DNA of 64,000 nucleotides from Eledone cirrhosa (GCA_964016885.1 OZ024755.1:36518001-36582000); one strand, 5' to 3'; positions 13,681 through 25,321 are shown, numbered from the stretch's first letter. Numbers and translations: made by a program. The notes: a model not told the origin generated them from the sequence alone.

Positions 13681-14244
13681 TATTGTGCACCAGCACTACC
13701 ATTTTACAGAATCAGCTGGGGACATTTTATCATGGCACTCTCACTACCTATTACACCATAGACCAATCAATAGAAGAATACATAAACACACACATCACAC
13801 ACAGGCATTTCTCATTAACTAATTGCGATTCCTAAGATTAACCTATGAAATGGATGTGGTTTGTATATCTTCTTCCAGCCAAATGTTTTACACCTAGATC
13901 AACTTCTGAAGTATGAAGTGGGTAGACTAGCACGTTTATACAGCAGCATACCTTTACAAACACCCACCATTAAACTACAAAGTGGATGTAATACCCATTT
14001 TTTGCTAGGTTGATTGGCGACATTTCAAATAATCAGTCAAGGGATAAAATGATGATGAGTGAGTTTAAAATTTGATCTGTCAGCCAACACGTCTCTTCTT
14101 TTAAATTCTCCTTCAAACACTGTCTCTGGTGTGGAAATCATCTTGGTGACAACAACCTGGTCTTTTATTATAAACAATAAATTATTAAATAAAATTATTA
14201 ACCATCTTGCCAACAACAACTCTGAACACTTTTTTGAATTTCAT

Positions 14245-15625
14245 GTTTAACACACGTGGGCAAGCCAACAAAGTCAGAAAACAGCACAGTTCCCATGACT
14301 TTCAGGAACATTGTTTCACACTCAGAGTTGCTGGAGCATGGAACAAACTCCCTGCATCAGTTGTTAGCTGTCGGGACACTGCATCCTTTAAAACCTCCAT
14401 GGAACAAACTCCCTGCATCAGTTGTTAGCTGTCGAGACACTGCATCCTTTAAAACCTCCATGAAACAAACTACCTGCATCAGTTGTTAGCTGTCGAGACA
14501 CTGCATCCTTTAAAACCTCCATGGAACAAACTACCTGCATCAGTTGTTAGCTGTCGAGACACTGCATCCTTTAAAACCTCCATGGAACAAACTACCTGCA
14601 TCAGTTGTTAGCTGTCGGGACACTGCATCCTTTAAAACCTCCATGGAACTAACTGCCTGCATCAGTTGTTAGCTGTCAAGACACTGCAACCTTTAAAACC
14701 TCCATGGAACAAACTACCTGCATCAGTTGTTCGCTGTCGAGACACTGCATCCTTTAAAACCTCCATGGAACAAACTCCCTGCATCAGTTGTTAGCTGTCG
14801 AGACACTGCATCCTTTAAAACCTCCATGAAACAAACTACCTGCATCAGTTGTTAGCTGTCGAGACACTGCATCCTTTAAAACCTCCATGGAACAAACTAC
14901 CTGCATCAGTTGTTAGCTGTCGAGACACTGCATCCTTTAAAACCTCCATGGAACAAACTACCTGCATCAGTTGTTAGCTGTCGGGACACTGCATCCTTTA
15001 AAACCTCCATGAAACAAACTACCTGCATCAGTTGTTAGCTGTCGAGACACTGCATCCTTTAAAACCTCCATGGAACAAACTCCCTGCATCAGTTGTTAGC
15101 TGTCGAGACACTGCATCCTTTAAAACCTCCATGAAACAAACTACCTGCATCAGTTGTTAGCTGTCGAGACACTGCATCCTTTAAAACCTCCATGGAACAA
15201 ACTACCTGCATCAGTTGTTAGCTGTCGAGACACTGCATCCTTTAAAACCTCCATGGAACAAACTACCTGCATCAGTTGTTAGCTGTCGGGACACTGCATC
15301 CTTTAAAACCTCCATGGAACAAACTACCTGCATCAGTTGTTAGCTGTCGAGACACTGCATCCTTTAAAACCTCCATGGAACAAACTACCTGCATCAGTTG
15401 TTAGCTGTCGAGACACTGCATCCTTTAAAACCTCCATGTTTCCTGAAATTCGCCAACAATACACTTAATATTCCCCCTCCATACACACGCACACATGTAT
15501 ATCATGACTCATACACTGTTCACTTTCCTGACATTTGTACATTATTCTATGTACTATACATTATTCTATGTACTTTGATGAGTTGTAGTGCACCTGATCA
15601 CTGTACACAATAATTTCATTCATTA
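14245..15625 (+). mobile_element. CR1-type LINE 3' end containing a 61-bp tandem array
   Basis: NTRGQANKVRKQ...FTLRVAGAWNKLPASVV...SFK motif. The 3' tail gtagtgcacctga.cactgtacacaat is also present inverted at ~22590-22620. Confidence 0.8.
14338..15438. repeat. 61-bp minisatellite, ~18 copies
   Basis: Unit gaacaaacta/ccctgcatcagttgttagctgtcgagacactgcatcctttaaaacctccatg, starting at 14341, 14402 and onward. Confidence 0.95.
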
Positions 15626-15628
15626 TTG

Positions 15629-15850
15629 AGGGCGGTGGATTGGCAGTATCAGTAGAGGGTCGGACGCCATGCTTTGCAGCAGTGAGTTACGGCTCTTTAT
15701 GATCTGAGCTCAAATCCCGCCGAGGTTAACTTTGCCTTTCATCCTTACGGGGTCGATAAAATAAAGTACCAGTCACGCACTGGGGTCGATTTAATCGACT
15801 TGCCCCGCCCCCAAAATTACTGGCCTTGTGCCTATATAAGAAACCATTAT
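15629..15850 (+). mobile_element. tRNA-derived SINE (family A)
   Basis: A/B boxes, core and (ATT)n tail. Confidence 0.85.
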
Positions 15851-15964
15851 TATTATTATTATTATAAAGAATTAGTGCAATAGTGAAGTGGTTCTATAAT
15901 AGTGACTAAAGGGCACTAAGGTGATTGGAAAATTACTAACAGCACACTATGTTTGCCTCTTAAA

Positions 15965-16300
15965 CAATATAATGAAGAACAGTACATACTGCAAAGTGAT
16001 AGTGCTGGTGCCATAATAAAATGGACCTAGTACACTCTGTAAAGAGATAGTGATGGTGCCACAATAAAACACACCCGGTACACTTTTGTAAAGTGGTAGT
16101 GATAGTGCCATGATAAAATGCACCTAGTACACTCTGTACAGTGGCTGGCATTAGTAAGGGCATCCAACTGTAGAAAACATGCAAATCTGGAACATATGAA
16201 ACAAGATGATGTTTCTCCAGCCCATCTCGTCTTAGACAATGACAATACATACAACCCATGCCAGTTTGGAAAGTAGATGTATGATGATGATGATGATGAT
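15965..16300 (+). mobile_element. Diverged RTE 3'UTR module
   Basis: Degenerate 48-bp repeats, agggcatccaactgtagaaa, and a (GAT)n tail. Confidence 0.6.
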
Positions 16301-16402
16301 GTGAGGAAGAAAAGACTCTGTATAAGAAATGTAAAATGACTAAAGAATCAAAGAAAGCTGAAAAGAAGGAAATGGTAAGGAAACAGAAAACAAAATCTTT
16401 AA

Positions 16403-16500
16403 CCCTCTTGGCACTACGGGCACCAATAGAGTAGTTTCCCCTTAATACATCATACAGTATCAAGGGAGGCAATTCATAAAAATATTCAGCCTCCAGAAGG
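16403..16500. mobile_element. ~100-bp TTAA-flanked mini-element (second copy ~23639-23736)
   Basis: TTAA on both sides. Both copies share ccaatagagta...tcaaggga.gc.attcataaaatattcagc. Confidence 0.55.
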
Positions 16501-17149
16501 TTAAGGAATTCAAAAGTAATCAAAATTGTTCCGCAGGATTGATAAATTCTATCTTATACCCTTGCAACAAGGTCTAAAGTGACCTTTTAAATCATGAAAT
16601 ATATTCTAGTGTCATTACACTAGGACTATGCTGTGCCCACACAGAGTTGAGTAAACTTGGTGTCAAAATAAGAAGGAAAAATAATGTATGATGTGAGAAA
16701 TAAAAGATGCTTAAAGCTTCTATACATTGGTGGTGACATATGAATTAATTCTGCATCAGAAATTGAGTAGGTTGGTTAAGAAAATACAAAAATGCAAACA
16801 AACAAAACTGGTATCAAATGTAGTTTGAGCTGAGAAAGACAGTATTGATAGAAACTAAATTATCTCAAGATGGCAGGCTAGCTTCAATATATCTAATGTT
16901 ACATAGTAATTATACTTCTCTGTCATATCTTTGTGGTAATATCAATTATCATTGAAGAAAAGGATTAAAAAAAAGATGAATATTAAAATGGGAATGGAAT
17001 CTTTGTGTATTTTGATTTATTTGGTTTCTTTTGATAATTATTAGCATCTCATGTCCGATGTAGATGGCATGTCATAAAGAATCCAACTGGACAGTAGAAA
17101 TAATACAAATATAACAGAGGTTTTCTTTTATTATTTTACTGCGTATAGA

Positions 17150-17650
17150 GCGCAGTGGATTGGCAGTATCGGTAGAGTGTCAGATGTCATGCTTTGCAGC
17201 ATAGAGTTACAGCCCTTTATGTTCTGAGTTCAAACCCCACCAAGGTTAGCTTTGCAGCATAGAGTTATAGCCCTTTATGTTCTGAGTTCAAATCCCACCA
17301 AGGTTAGCTTTGTCTTTCTTCCTTATGGGATCGATAAAATAAAGCACCAGTAATGCACTGGGGTTGATTTAATTGACTCCCCCCCCCTGGCCTTATGCCT
17401 ATAGTAGAAACAAATTATTTTACTGGGTATAGGGTGATAGATTGGCAGAATCAGTAGAGTATCAGACAGAATGATTTGTGGTATTAAGTTACGACTTTCT
17501 ACCTTCTGAGTTCAAGTCCCGCCAAGGTCAATTCTGCCTTTCCTCCTTCTAGGGTCAATAAAATAAAGTACCGGTAAAGTACTGGGGTTGATATAATTAA
17601 CTTTTCCTTCCTCACAAATTGCAGGCTTTCTGCCTAAATTAGAAGTCCAT
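17150..17650 (+). mobile_element. Two adjacent family-A SINEs, the first with an internal duplication
   Basis: ctttgcagcatagagtta..gccctttatgttctgagttcaaa is duplicated at ~17192 and ~17250. A second SINE starts at ~17430. Confidence 0.8.
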
Positions 17651-17789
17651 ATTTTACTCTGTATGCTGGTGTTGGCTTAGCATAACAAAAATAAAAAAAA
17701 GTCAGATGATGCAAGTGATATCTCCATCAACAAAAAGCAGTCCAAATTTGTAGAACTAAAATTTTTTTCAACACACTGTTCCATGTGTG

Positions 17790-18195
17790 CACAAAGATTC
17801 AGCACACTTTCTCCAATTGTCCTGGTCAAGCATGACATTTCTCAGTTCATCGATGTTATCAATGTTGACATCTCTCAGCAGGGTATCAATGAATGAGACG
17901 GCCTGTCTTCCCACACTTCTTCATCTGACCGTCAGTTTCCAGAGCCCAAGTTGTGATGCTATCTCTTCTGGGTGACAGATGCAGTACCCAGCCAGTTTCA
18001 TTTGTCTGCAGGCAACATTTTTTTTGAGACTGGTGGTAATGATCTGTATAGTTCCTTATTTGTCAGCTTCTGTTTCCAAGAAATGTTGAGAGCCATTCTC
18101 AACATCCTCGTGTGACATCCATCACTGCCTAGCACTTTGTCAATAGTCCACATTTCACTGCCGTAAAGTAGGACGGACTCAACAGTTGCGCTCCT
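17790..18195 (-). mobile_element. RTE LINE 3' fragment
   Basis: ATVESVLLYGSEMWTI...TRMLRMALNISW. Same subfamily as 25665-26145. Confidence 0.8.
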
Positions 18196-18315
18196 TGATT
18201 TTGCTTGATTTTGCATATGTGCATATGCATACATTAAACGATGGTGATATACATATACATACATGTTTGATAGAAGGGAAAACAAACATTAAATGATGAT
18301 GATGATGATGGTGAT

Positions 18316-18930
18316 CATCATCATCATCATCAGGTTTAGCGTCCGTGTTCCACGCTTGCATGGGTTTGGACGGGGGTTTTCCCACTTGAGGCAAGAGTGG
18401 TTGTCTTGCTCGCATAGGACTGTCTGGCGGGTTTTCTACAGTTGGATGCCCTTCCTAACACCAACCACATTTACAGTGTGGGGCTGGGAGGTTTTTACCG
18501 TGTTGCCTACACGGCCACATTACAGCGTGGACTGTCTGGCGGGTTTTCTACAGCTGGATGCCCTTCCTAACACCAACCACATTTACAGTGTGGGGCTGGG
18601 AGGTTTTTACCGTGTTGCCTACACGGCCACATTACAGCGTGGACTGTCTGGCGGGTTTTCTACAGCTGGATGCCCTTCCTAACACCAACCACATTTACAG
18701 TGTGGGGCTGGGAGGTTTTTACCGTGTTGCCTACACGGCCACATTTACAGCGTGGACTGTGTGTTTTTTGTCGTGACACCTACACGATCTCATTTGTTTC
18801 GGCCTGGATGTTGTGGGACCAACATAACTTTACATTGAAAGGGGCGGTGTGGGTGGGGTGGAGGTGGTGGGACGGGGGCGTGTTTTGATAGAGGTGCCTA
18901 CTGACTGTAGTAGGTTTTTACTTTGTATTT
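18316..18930 (-). mobile_element. RTE 3'UTR with a 112-bp unit in 3 copies
   Basis: ggactgtctggcgggttttctacag..ggatgcccttcc repeats at a 112-bp period. Confidence 0.85.
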
Positions 18931-18951
18931 ATATATTTGATATATATATAT

Positions 18952-19652
18952 ATATATTTATTAAAATAACAGATTAAAGTTTAAGCAAAGAATCGCTGCT
19001 TTCACCCTTAACGGGATCTTCTGAAACTAACAAAGTCAATCTGTGAATGCAGAAGTGAATATTTCAAAAAACATTGCAACCGGAGGAAGACAGGAAGACG
19101 ATACTTTGGTTCGTGGAAACGTTCCCTGGCAAAGAACGGGAAGAAACGAATATAATACGTCATTATTTGGAGCGGTGAAAAACAATTACACGCAAAGACA
19201 AAACCACGTTTATGGTATAAAAGAAGTTGTGCGATGTTTTCGCGTATGCTTGTGTATGTACGTATATGGATGCGTGTATGTATTTATTTAATTTCAATTA
19301 CCTCTGTATTTTTTTAACTTTATTCTTAACTCTGAAGCGGAGATTCATTCAGTTTCCTAGTTAGAATTTTAGTCTACGACTTCAGTTATACCATAAACGT
19401 CGTTTTGTCTTTGCGTGCAATTGTTTTTCACTGCTCCAAATAATGACGTATTATCTTCGTTTTTTCCCGTTCTTTGCCAGGGAACATTTCCACGAACCAA
19501 AGTATCGTCTTCCTGTCTTCCTCCGGTTGCAACATTTTTTGAAATATTCACTTCTACGTTCACAGATTGACTTTGTTAGTTTCAGAAGATCCCGTTAAGG
19601 GTGAAAGCAGCGATTCTTTGCTTAAACTTTAATCTGTTATTTTAATAAATAT
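18952..19652. repeat. Inverted repeat (~280-bp arms, ~145-bp spacer), Penelope-terminal-like
   Basis: 18952-19230 is the reverse complement of 19375-19652. The ORF track shows the same peptide on both strands. The element borders (TA)n. Confidence 0.9.
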
Positions 19653-19810
19653 TTGCTCTATGGTTCTTATATATTTGATATATATTTATCCTTATCGAGC
19701 TCTCTTTGGATTTTAGTCTTCAAATTTATTATTATTACTATATATATATATATACAAAATAAAGTAATTAAGTCAAATATTTAAAATTTGGCTTCGTTTA
19801 TTAAAGATGT

Positions 19811-19865
19811 ACTGCTATATATATTTCGGTGACAGTCATTATTGGCTGTGACCTCTTCAGGCAGT
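19811..19865 (-). ncRNA. Type I hammerhead ribozyme
   Basis: Reverse complement reads actgc CTGAAGA ggtcacagcc aataat gactgtcacc GAAA tatat ATA gcagt. Confidence 0.75.
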
Positions 19866-20121
19866 CCGAATTGGTGTGGTAGAGACAGGTAGACATGTTG
19901 TTAAAGTGTTTTACTCCGTCAATACTCCGATATGTCCAGCTCCTGGTTGGGTTGTTATTTCTCTGAGGAACTGGAATCATATCTGGATATGGTGAACTAA
20001 CTGGATATGATTCCAGTTCCTCAGAGAAATAACAACTCAACCAGGAGCTGGACATATCGGAGTATTGACGGAGTAAAACACTTTAACAACATATGTACCT
20101 TTCTCTACCACACCAATTCGG

Positions 20122-20176
20122 ACTGCCTGAAGAGGTCACAGCCAAAGATGGCTGTCACCGAAATATATATAGCAGT
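20122..20176 (+). ncRNA. Type I hammerhead ribozyme
   Basis: Stem I actgc/gcagt; core CTGAAGA (20127-33); stem II ggtcacagcc/ggctgtcacc; GAAA (20160-63); palindromic stem III; AUA cleavage site. Confidence 0.82.
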
Positions 20177-20326
20177 ACATCTTTAATAAACGAAGCCAAA
20201 TTTTAAATATTTGACTTAATTACTTTATTTTACATTACTCCGGAGTAACCAAACCAACCTGCGTACTTCGTTGAGTGCTCCAATATGCATACCGAGGTGT
20301 CGGTAAACAACCAACATATACTCAGA

Positions 20327-20359
<33 letters not shown>

Positions 20360-20440
20360 AGGGGGGGGGGGGGGGGGGGGTAGAACACTGGAAGGTAATA
20401 TCCGTAGTGGTAGAGCACTCAGTCTATGGGACAAGTTAGG

Positions 20441-20588
20441 TAGAAGTGGTAATACAACAGTTAGTTCACCATACCGAAAACAATTGTTTCACCTTAGCGG
20501 ATCCTCAGGTCGTAAACGAACTGAGGATCCGCTGAGGTGAAACAATTGTTTTCAGTATGGTGAACTAACTGTTGTATTACCACTTCTA
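20441..20588. repeat. Short fold-back of a Penelope 3' terminus with a hammerhead core in each arm
   Basis: Plus strand CTGAGGA tcc gctga ggt GAAA caattg TT (20521-20550), with an inverted copy at 20473-20512. The downstream tail matches 54364-54400. Confidence 0.8.
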
Positions 20589-20623
20589 TATACATATATA
20601 TATATATGTGTGTGTTACCACTT

Positions 20624-21194
20624 CATCATCATCATCATCAACGTTTAACGTCCGTGTTCCACGCTTGCATGGGTTTGGACGGGGGTAGTCCCACTTGAGG
20701 CAAGAGTGATTGTCTTGCTCGCATAGGACTGTCTGGCAGGTTTTCTACAGTTGGATGCCCTTCCTAACACCAACCACATTTACAGTGTGGGTCTGGGAGG
20801 TTTTTACCGTGTTGCCTACACGGCCACATTACAGCGTGGACTGTGTGTTTTTTTGTCGTGACACCTACACGATCTCATTTGTTTCGGCCCGGATGGCGCG
20901 GCACCAACATAACTTTACATAGGACGGGGTGGTGTGGATGGGGTGGGGGTGGTGGTGGTGGGACGGGGTGTATTTTGTTAGAGATGCCTACTGGCAAGGC
21001 GGGTCTTCTCTGTTACTGAGTACCGCCAAAGGTCTCGGTCCAGTGACATTGTCTTGGAGAGGTGTAAGTGTGTGAGGTCGGAGTTTATCAGCTCGTCCCA
21101 GGTTTTTCTAGGTCTGCCTATTCCGTGGCTACCGTCTATCTTTATTGCCCTGCACTTTGTTATACAGCTATCGACTTTCATGCGCATCACGTGA
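20624..21194 (-). mobile_element. 5'-truncated RTE LINE, near-identical to 2455-3057
   Basis: Same peptide HVMRMKVDSCITKC... and same 3'UTR, with a short internal deletion. Confidence 0.85.
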
Positions 21195-21437
21195 TATATA
21201 TACATCTTTGATAAAACGAACATTAAATGATGATGATGATGATAATGTGTTATACTTTACATACAGCTTGCACAATAGCTCATTCTCTTCATGAATGTCA
21301 AGTAAATATGACAATTTTGGTTCCTTCCAAGCAGTGCTAAATAGCATTGATGCTAAAAGAGGATGTCCAAATGCTTTTGGTGCACATCATAACATGCTAT
21401 TATTTTTTACTCCTGTCATCTTTGCCTTACAACACCT

Positions 21438-21491
<54 letters not shown>

Positions 21492-22091
21492 ACTCACACA
21501 CACACACACACACACACACAGCCACACACATTCAACCCTCGACATTAAAACAACGAGAATGATGCCATATATGTATATAATACACATACATACATACATA
21601 CATACATACAGTGTCTTGTATATTTGTATAAATAAAATAAACCTTGTTTTTTCTTTTCATTCTTTTTGTGTTATTTTGTTGTTATGGTAACTAGAGATAA
21701 GTATAACAAATTCTGCTTTAAAATACCTGAATCCTAATCAATTTGGTTAAAGCTAAGAAAAGAAAATGAAATGCATATATAATGAATAAATAAATGAATA
21801 AAACAAATAATTCCATTCTATTGATCTTACTAACATCTGACTTTAATGTGTTATGCTGTTTACACCACTGAACTAGTGCAGGGTTAGCTATATAGATAGA
21901 AAGAGATGAGGGCGTAGAGAGAAGAGGCAAAAAAGACAAACATTGTCAAACCTCTGATGTCAAAACATCAACACAAATTTTAAAGAGAACCACTTTTAAC
22001 AGGCAGCAAAACATTTCATTTTTGGCAACATTAAATTTTACAGCAAAACAAGGTAAAGCAACAAAAGTGAAGATAGATAAATAAATGAATA

Positions 22092-22141
<50 letters not shown>

Positions 22142-22309
22142 TTTCATTTATTGGCCACAAGGGCCAACATAATTATAAATAAAATAAAATAATGAATAAA
22201 TAAAATAAAATAATAATAAATAAAATAAATAAAAATAAATAAATAAATTAATTAATTATTATATATTATGTATCATATATTATTACTATATATCATGTAT
22301 AATATATAA

Positions 22310-22518
22310 TGGTTTCTTATATAGGCACAAGGCCAGCCATTTTGGGGATGGGGAAATTCAATTAAATCGACCCCAGTGCTTGACTGGTACTTTATTTTAT
22401 CGACCCCGTAAGGATAAAAGGCAAAGTTAACCTCAGTGGGATTTGAACTCAGATCATAAAGGTCCGTAACTCTATGCCACAAAGCATGGCCTCCGACCCT
22501 CTACCAATACTGCCAATC
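22310..22518 (-). mobile_element. Family-A SINE
   Basis: Core and A/B boxes. Confidence 0.8.
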
Positions 22519-23284
22519 TTAAAAGAGAATTATTTGGTGTATTTCAATATTTAGCTTAAAACAACTAAAAAATATTGATAATAATGAAATATTGTGTACA
22601 GTGCTCAGGTGCACTACAAATATTGTGAGGTAAAAACCAAAAAAAATAGAACTTAATATAATCTAAAAAATATATTACAGAAAACAGAAGACAAGACAGA
22701 GAACTACTTTTTTTTTTTTGCATTTATCCTTACTCATCTACAGAATGTGTAAATGTATGTTTTTACAAGTGATGGTGTAGTTAGAATTTGGATACTCTAC
22801 CTAACTCCCAACTACACAGTGGATAGGAAATATAGTCTTTTTTTCTTTTTTCTTTTCACTGTTTATAACAGTTATGAGCAACCTGCAGGCCATGAAGCTT
22901 TCTAAGTCACCTAAGTGAAATCTTGTTGAAAGTAAGGTTTCCAATTGGCAGATATTCATATGTTTTGTTTCAAAAACAGACGTTCATAATAATTCTTTTC
23001 TCCAGGGAAAGATTTTTGGAGCTAATTTACATATCAGAATAATAAAATCTATGATTAAATGAAAGTAAAATCTTTCTGATTTTTTTACCCCAACTTTTCA
23101 GTCGTAATTTATCTTTCTATCATTTTTACAATTGAGGAAAACAAACAAATCAAAACAACCTGAGTTACTGCCTCCTTTTTTTAATCTAATGTAAATTAGC
23201 GATTGTGGCCCGCCTGATGATGAGCCATATCTCATGCGGCCCCCTTCTCAAAAAAGGTAGCCCATGCCTGGTTTATAAGTTAGG

Positions 23285-23470
23285 TCAGTGGTAACCAAAG
23301 TAGCTTCTGCAGAACCCAAAGGTTCTGCAGAGGAGTGTCTGGGGTTCCATGAAAAAAGGTAGAGGAGTTTATTCATATTATGACCATATTACAGTATTAA
23401 ACTTTGGGATTCCCTAAAAAGTTTATGAACAAAAAGGGTTCTGCGTTTGAAAAGGTTTGGGAAACCCCGA
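23285..23470. mobile_element. Probable hAT-type MITE remnant
   Basis: cagtggtaaccaaa... and ...aaaggtttgggaaacccc ends resemble CAGGGGTTCCCAAAC-type TIRs. Confidence 0.4.
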
Positions 23471-23984
23471 CAGGCAGAGCTAACTCTGAGACTATAACAA
23501 AATAATGTTTATTAAAGTCCCAAATTCATACACATAGTTCAGATCAGGTCATCTAGCCATATGTAACCATGTATGAGTGCAACTGTGCATGCTTGTGAAT
23601 GTACTTCAATGCATACCTACTTGCATACATATGTTTAACTTTCTGGACACACTAGGTGCCAATAGAGTAATCACCCCTTAATATATAATTCAGTGTCAAG
23701 GGATGCCATTCATAAAATATTCAGCATGCTAAAGATTAAGTAAGCACATAAAAATACTTTTACAATCTCTATATTTGAAAAAAAAAAGGAAATGAAAATT
23801 ACAGCTTACGCCAATTCAGGTTTAGCTGGCCTCATATGAGGTTGTATCTCATAGGAGGTTCTGGATGTTTTACTAATAGGATTCTCAGTCATAAAAAGCA
23901 ATGTAAAATGAAGCATCTTGAATCAAACACCCTAACCACTAGGTCATGTTCTTTCACCCTCTATATATTTCCAGAAGAAAAAAA

Positions 23985-24365
23985 GACAGCTGGTGATCAT
24001 TTCGGTCGCTTGTATTCGCGATCGCATTCTTTCGGTCATTATCCAAGATTCATAACCATAGGTAAGGATTGGCATGAATATCAAATTGAAAATAGCGAGT
24101 TCGGCTTTTACGCCTACCTCCCTTCTGATTACTGAATACTGAAGCTGGCACATTACTGCACCAACTCCTGCAATTCTTGCCCTTAATTCAGCCTCCATTC
24201 ATCACTCGTGAACATGACCCCAATATACTTGAACTTCACCTGCTTCAGTGGAACTCCACTCGCATGTAGAGTGCACTGCACGGACTTCCTTGAGAGAATG
24301 AGTGTCTCAGTTTTTGCAGCAGTGATTTTCATTCCAGCCATGCAACACTTGGCATCAGACCTATC
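23985..24365 (-). mobile_element. RTE LINE internal fragment
   Basis: GMKITAAKTETL...LKQVKFKYIGVMFTSD and IFMPILTYGYESWIMTERMRSRIQATEM. Confidence 0.8.
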
Positions 24366-24605
24366 AAGATAATTTTCCTCAGGCCTCTTATGATGTTGTG
24401 TCTCATAGGATGTTACAGTGCGTTTACTAATAGTATCCTCAGTCCTAAAAAACAACATAAAATGAAGTACCTTGCTCCAGAACACGTGTTGCCCAGCTCA
24501 TGAATCAAACACTCTAACCACTAAGACAGAAGATGGTTAAAAAAAAAAGCAGTATTTATACACTGGAGTTAAAAAAAACAAATATGAATTTTTTACAATT
24601 CTTAC

Positions 24606-24706
24606 CTTGACGGATTAAATTCTTGTTTATCATATAATCTCTCTTCATAACTTTGATTGCATAGAGTCTTTCTGGGTTTTCTTTTTTACACCCAAGGAAT
24701 ACTTTA
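24606..24706 (-). CDS. MASTL: Internal exon of a Greatwall/MASTL-like serine/threonine kinase (subdomains I-II)
   Basis: tttttacAG|T AAA GTA TTC ... CGT CAA G|GTAAG encodes (G)KVFLGCKKENPERLYAIKVMKRDYMINKNLIRQ(V). This matches the MASTL pattern GAFGKVYLG..K..KLYAVKVVKKADMINKNM..QV. Splice sites are canonical, phase 2 in and phase 1 out. Confidence 0.85.
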
Positions 24707-24771
24707 CTGTAAAAAATAATAAAGTTTATATCAATGATATAATTGTATATACATGTGTATATATGCATGTA

Positions 24772-24975
24772 TCATCATCATCATCACCGTTTTACATCCA
24801 TTCTTCCGTGCTAGCGTGGGTTAGACAAGTTGTCCTGGTGTGGCCAATGCTAGGTCAGGTGACTATGTCTTGCTCATATAGAATTGATTTTGGCTTGGTT
24901 TCTACAGCTGGATACCCTTCCTAACGCCAACCTCATTTACAGTGAGTACTGGGTGCTTTTTTACCATGGCGCCTA
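24772..24975 (-). mobile_element. RTE 3'UTR module
   Basis: (CAT)n followed by ctacagctggatacccttcctaacgccaacc. Confidence 0.7.
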
Positions 24976-25129
24976 CATATATATGTACATATATATCAAT
25001 ACATATGAACCTGCAGAAATTTCTCCTGATGGCAATTCTTTCATCTATACTAAATAATACTATAACATTAAGTGAGCAAGATTAGAATATAAAATAAACA
25101 TGCAAAACTGCAATACTATATTATAATAA

Positions 25130-25321
25130 TAATTGTTTCTACTTTTGGCACAAGGCCTGCAATTATCTCAGTGCATTACTGGTACTTTATTTTATCAATC
25201 CCGTAAGGATGAAAGCCAAAGTTAACCACGGCAGGATTTGAACTCAGACTGTAAATGGCCATAGCTCTATGCTGCAAAGCATGGCGTCCGACCCTCTACT
25301 GATACTGCCAATCCACCGCCC
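25130..25321 (-). mobile_element. Family-A SINE
   Basis: Core and A/B boxes. Confidence 0.85.

Larger units (their letters stand above)
19756..20231. repeat. Near-perfect fold-back (~230-bp arms, ~20-bp centre) carrying hammerhead ribozymes
   Basis: aaaataaagtaattaagtcaaat... is mirrored by ...atttgacttaattactttatttt. Confidence 0.95.

Noticed and set aside
8179-13761. ORFs of 764, 1458, 326 and 768 aa
   Set aside because: They are a by-product of a 48-bp unit (multiple of 3) lacking stops in two frames. The frames swap at indels, and the unit derives from an RTE UTR.
14037-14219. Possible exon (DQVVVTKMISTPETVFEGEFKRR...)
   Set aside because: No recognisable homology, no convincing splice pair, and not MASTL-like.
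19043-19563. Pair of similar small ORFs on opposite strands
   Set aside because: A consequence of the inverted repeat; they have GTG starts and no homology.
21250-21390. Minus-strand open frame (CAPKAFGHPLL...) with a GTATGT donor-like site
   Set aside because: No recognisable homology and no clear acceptor.
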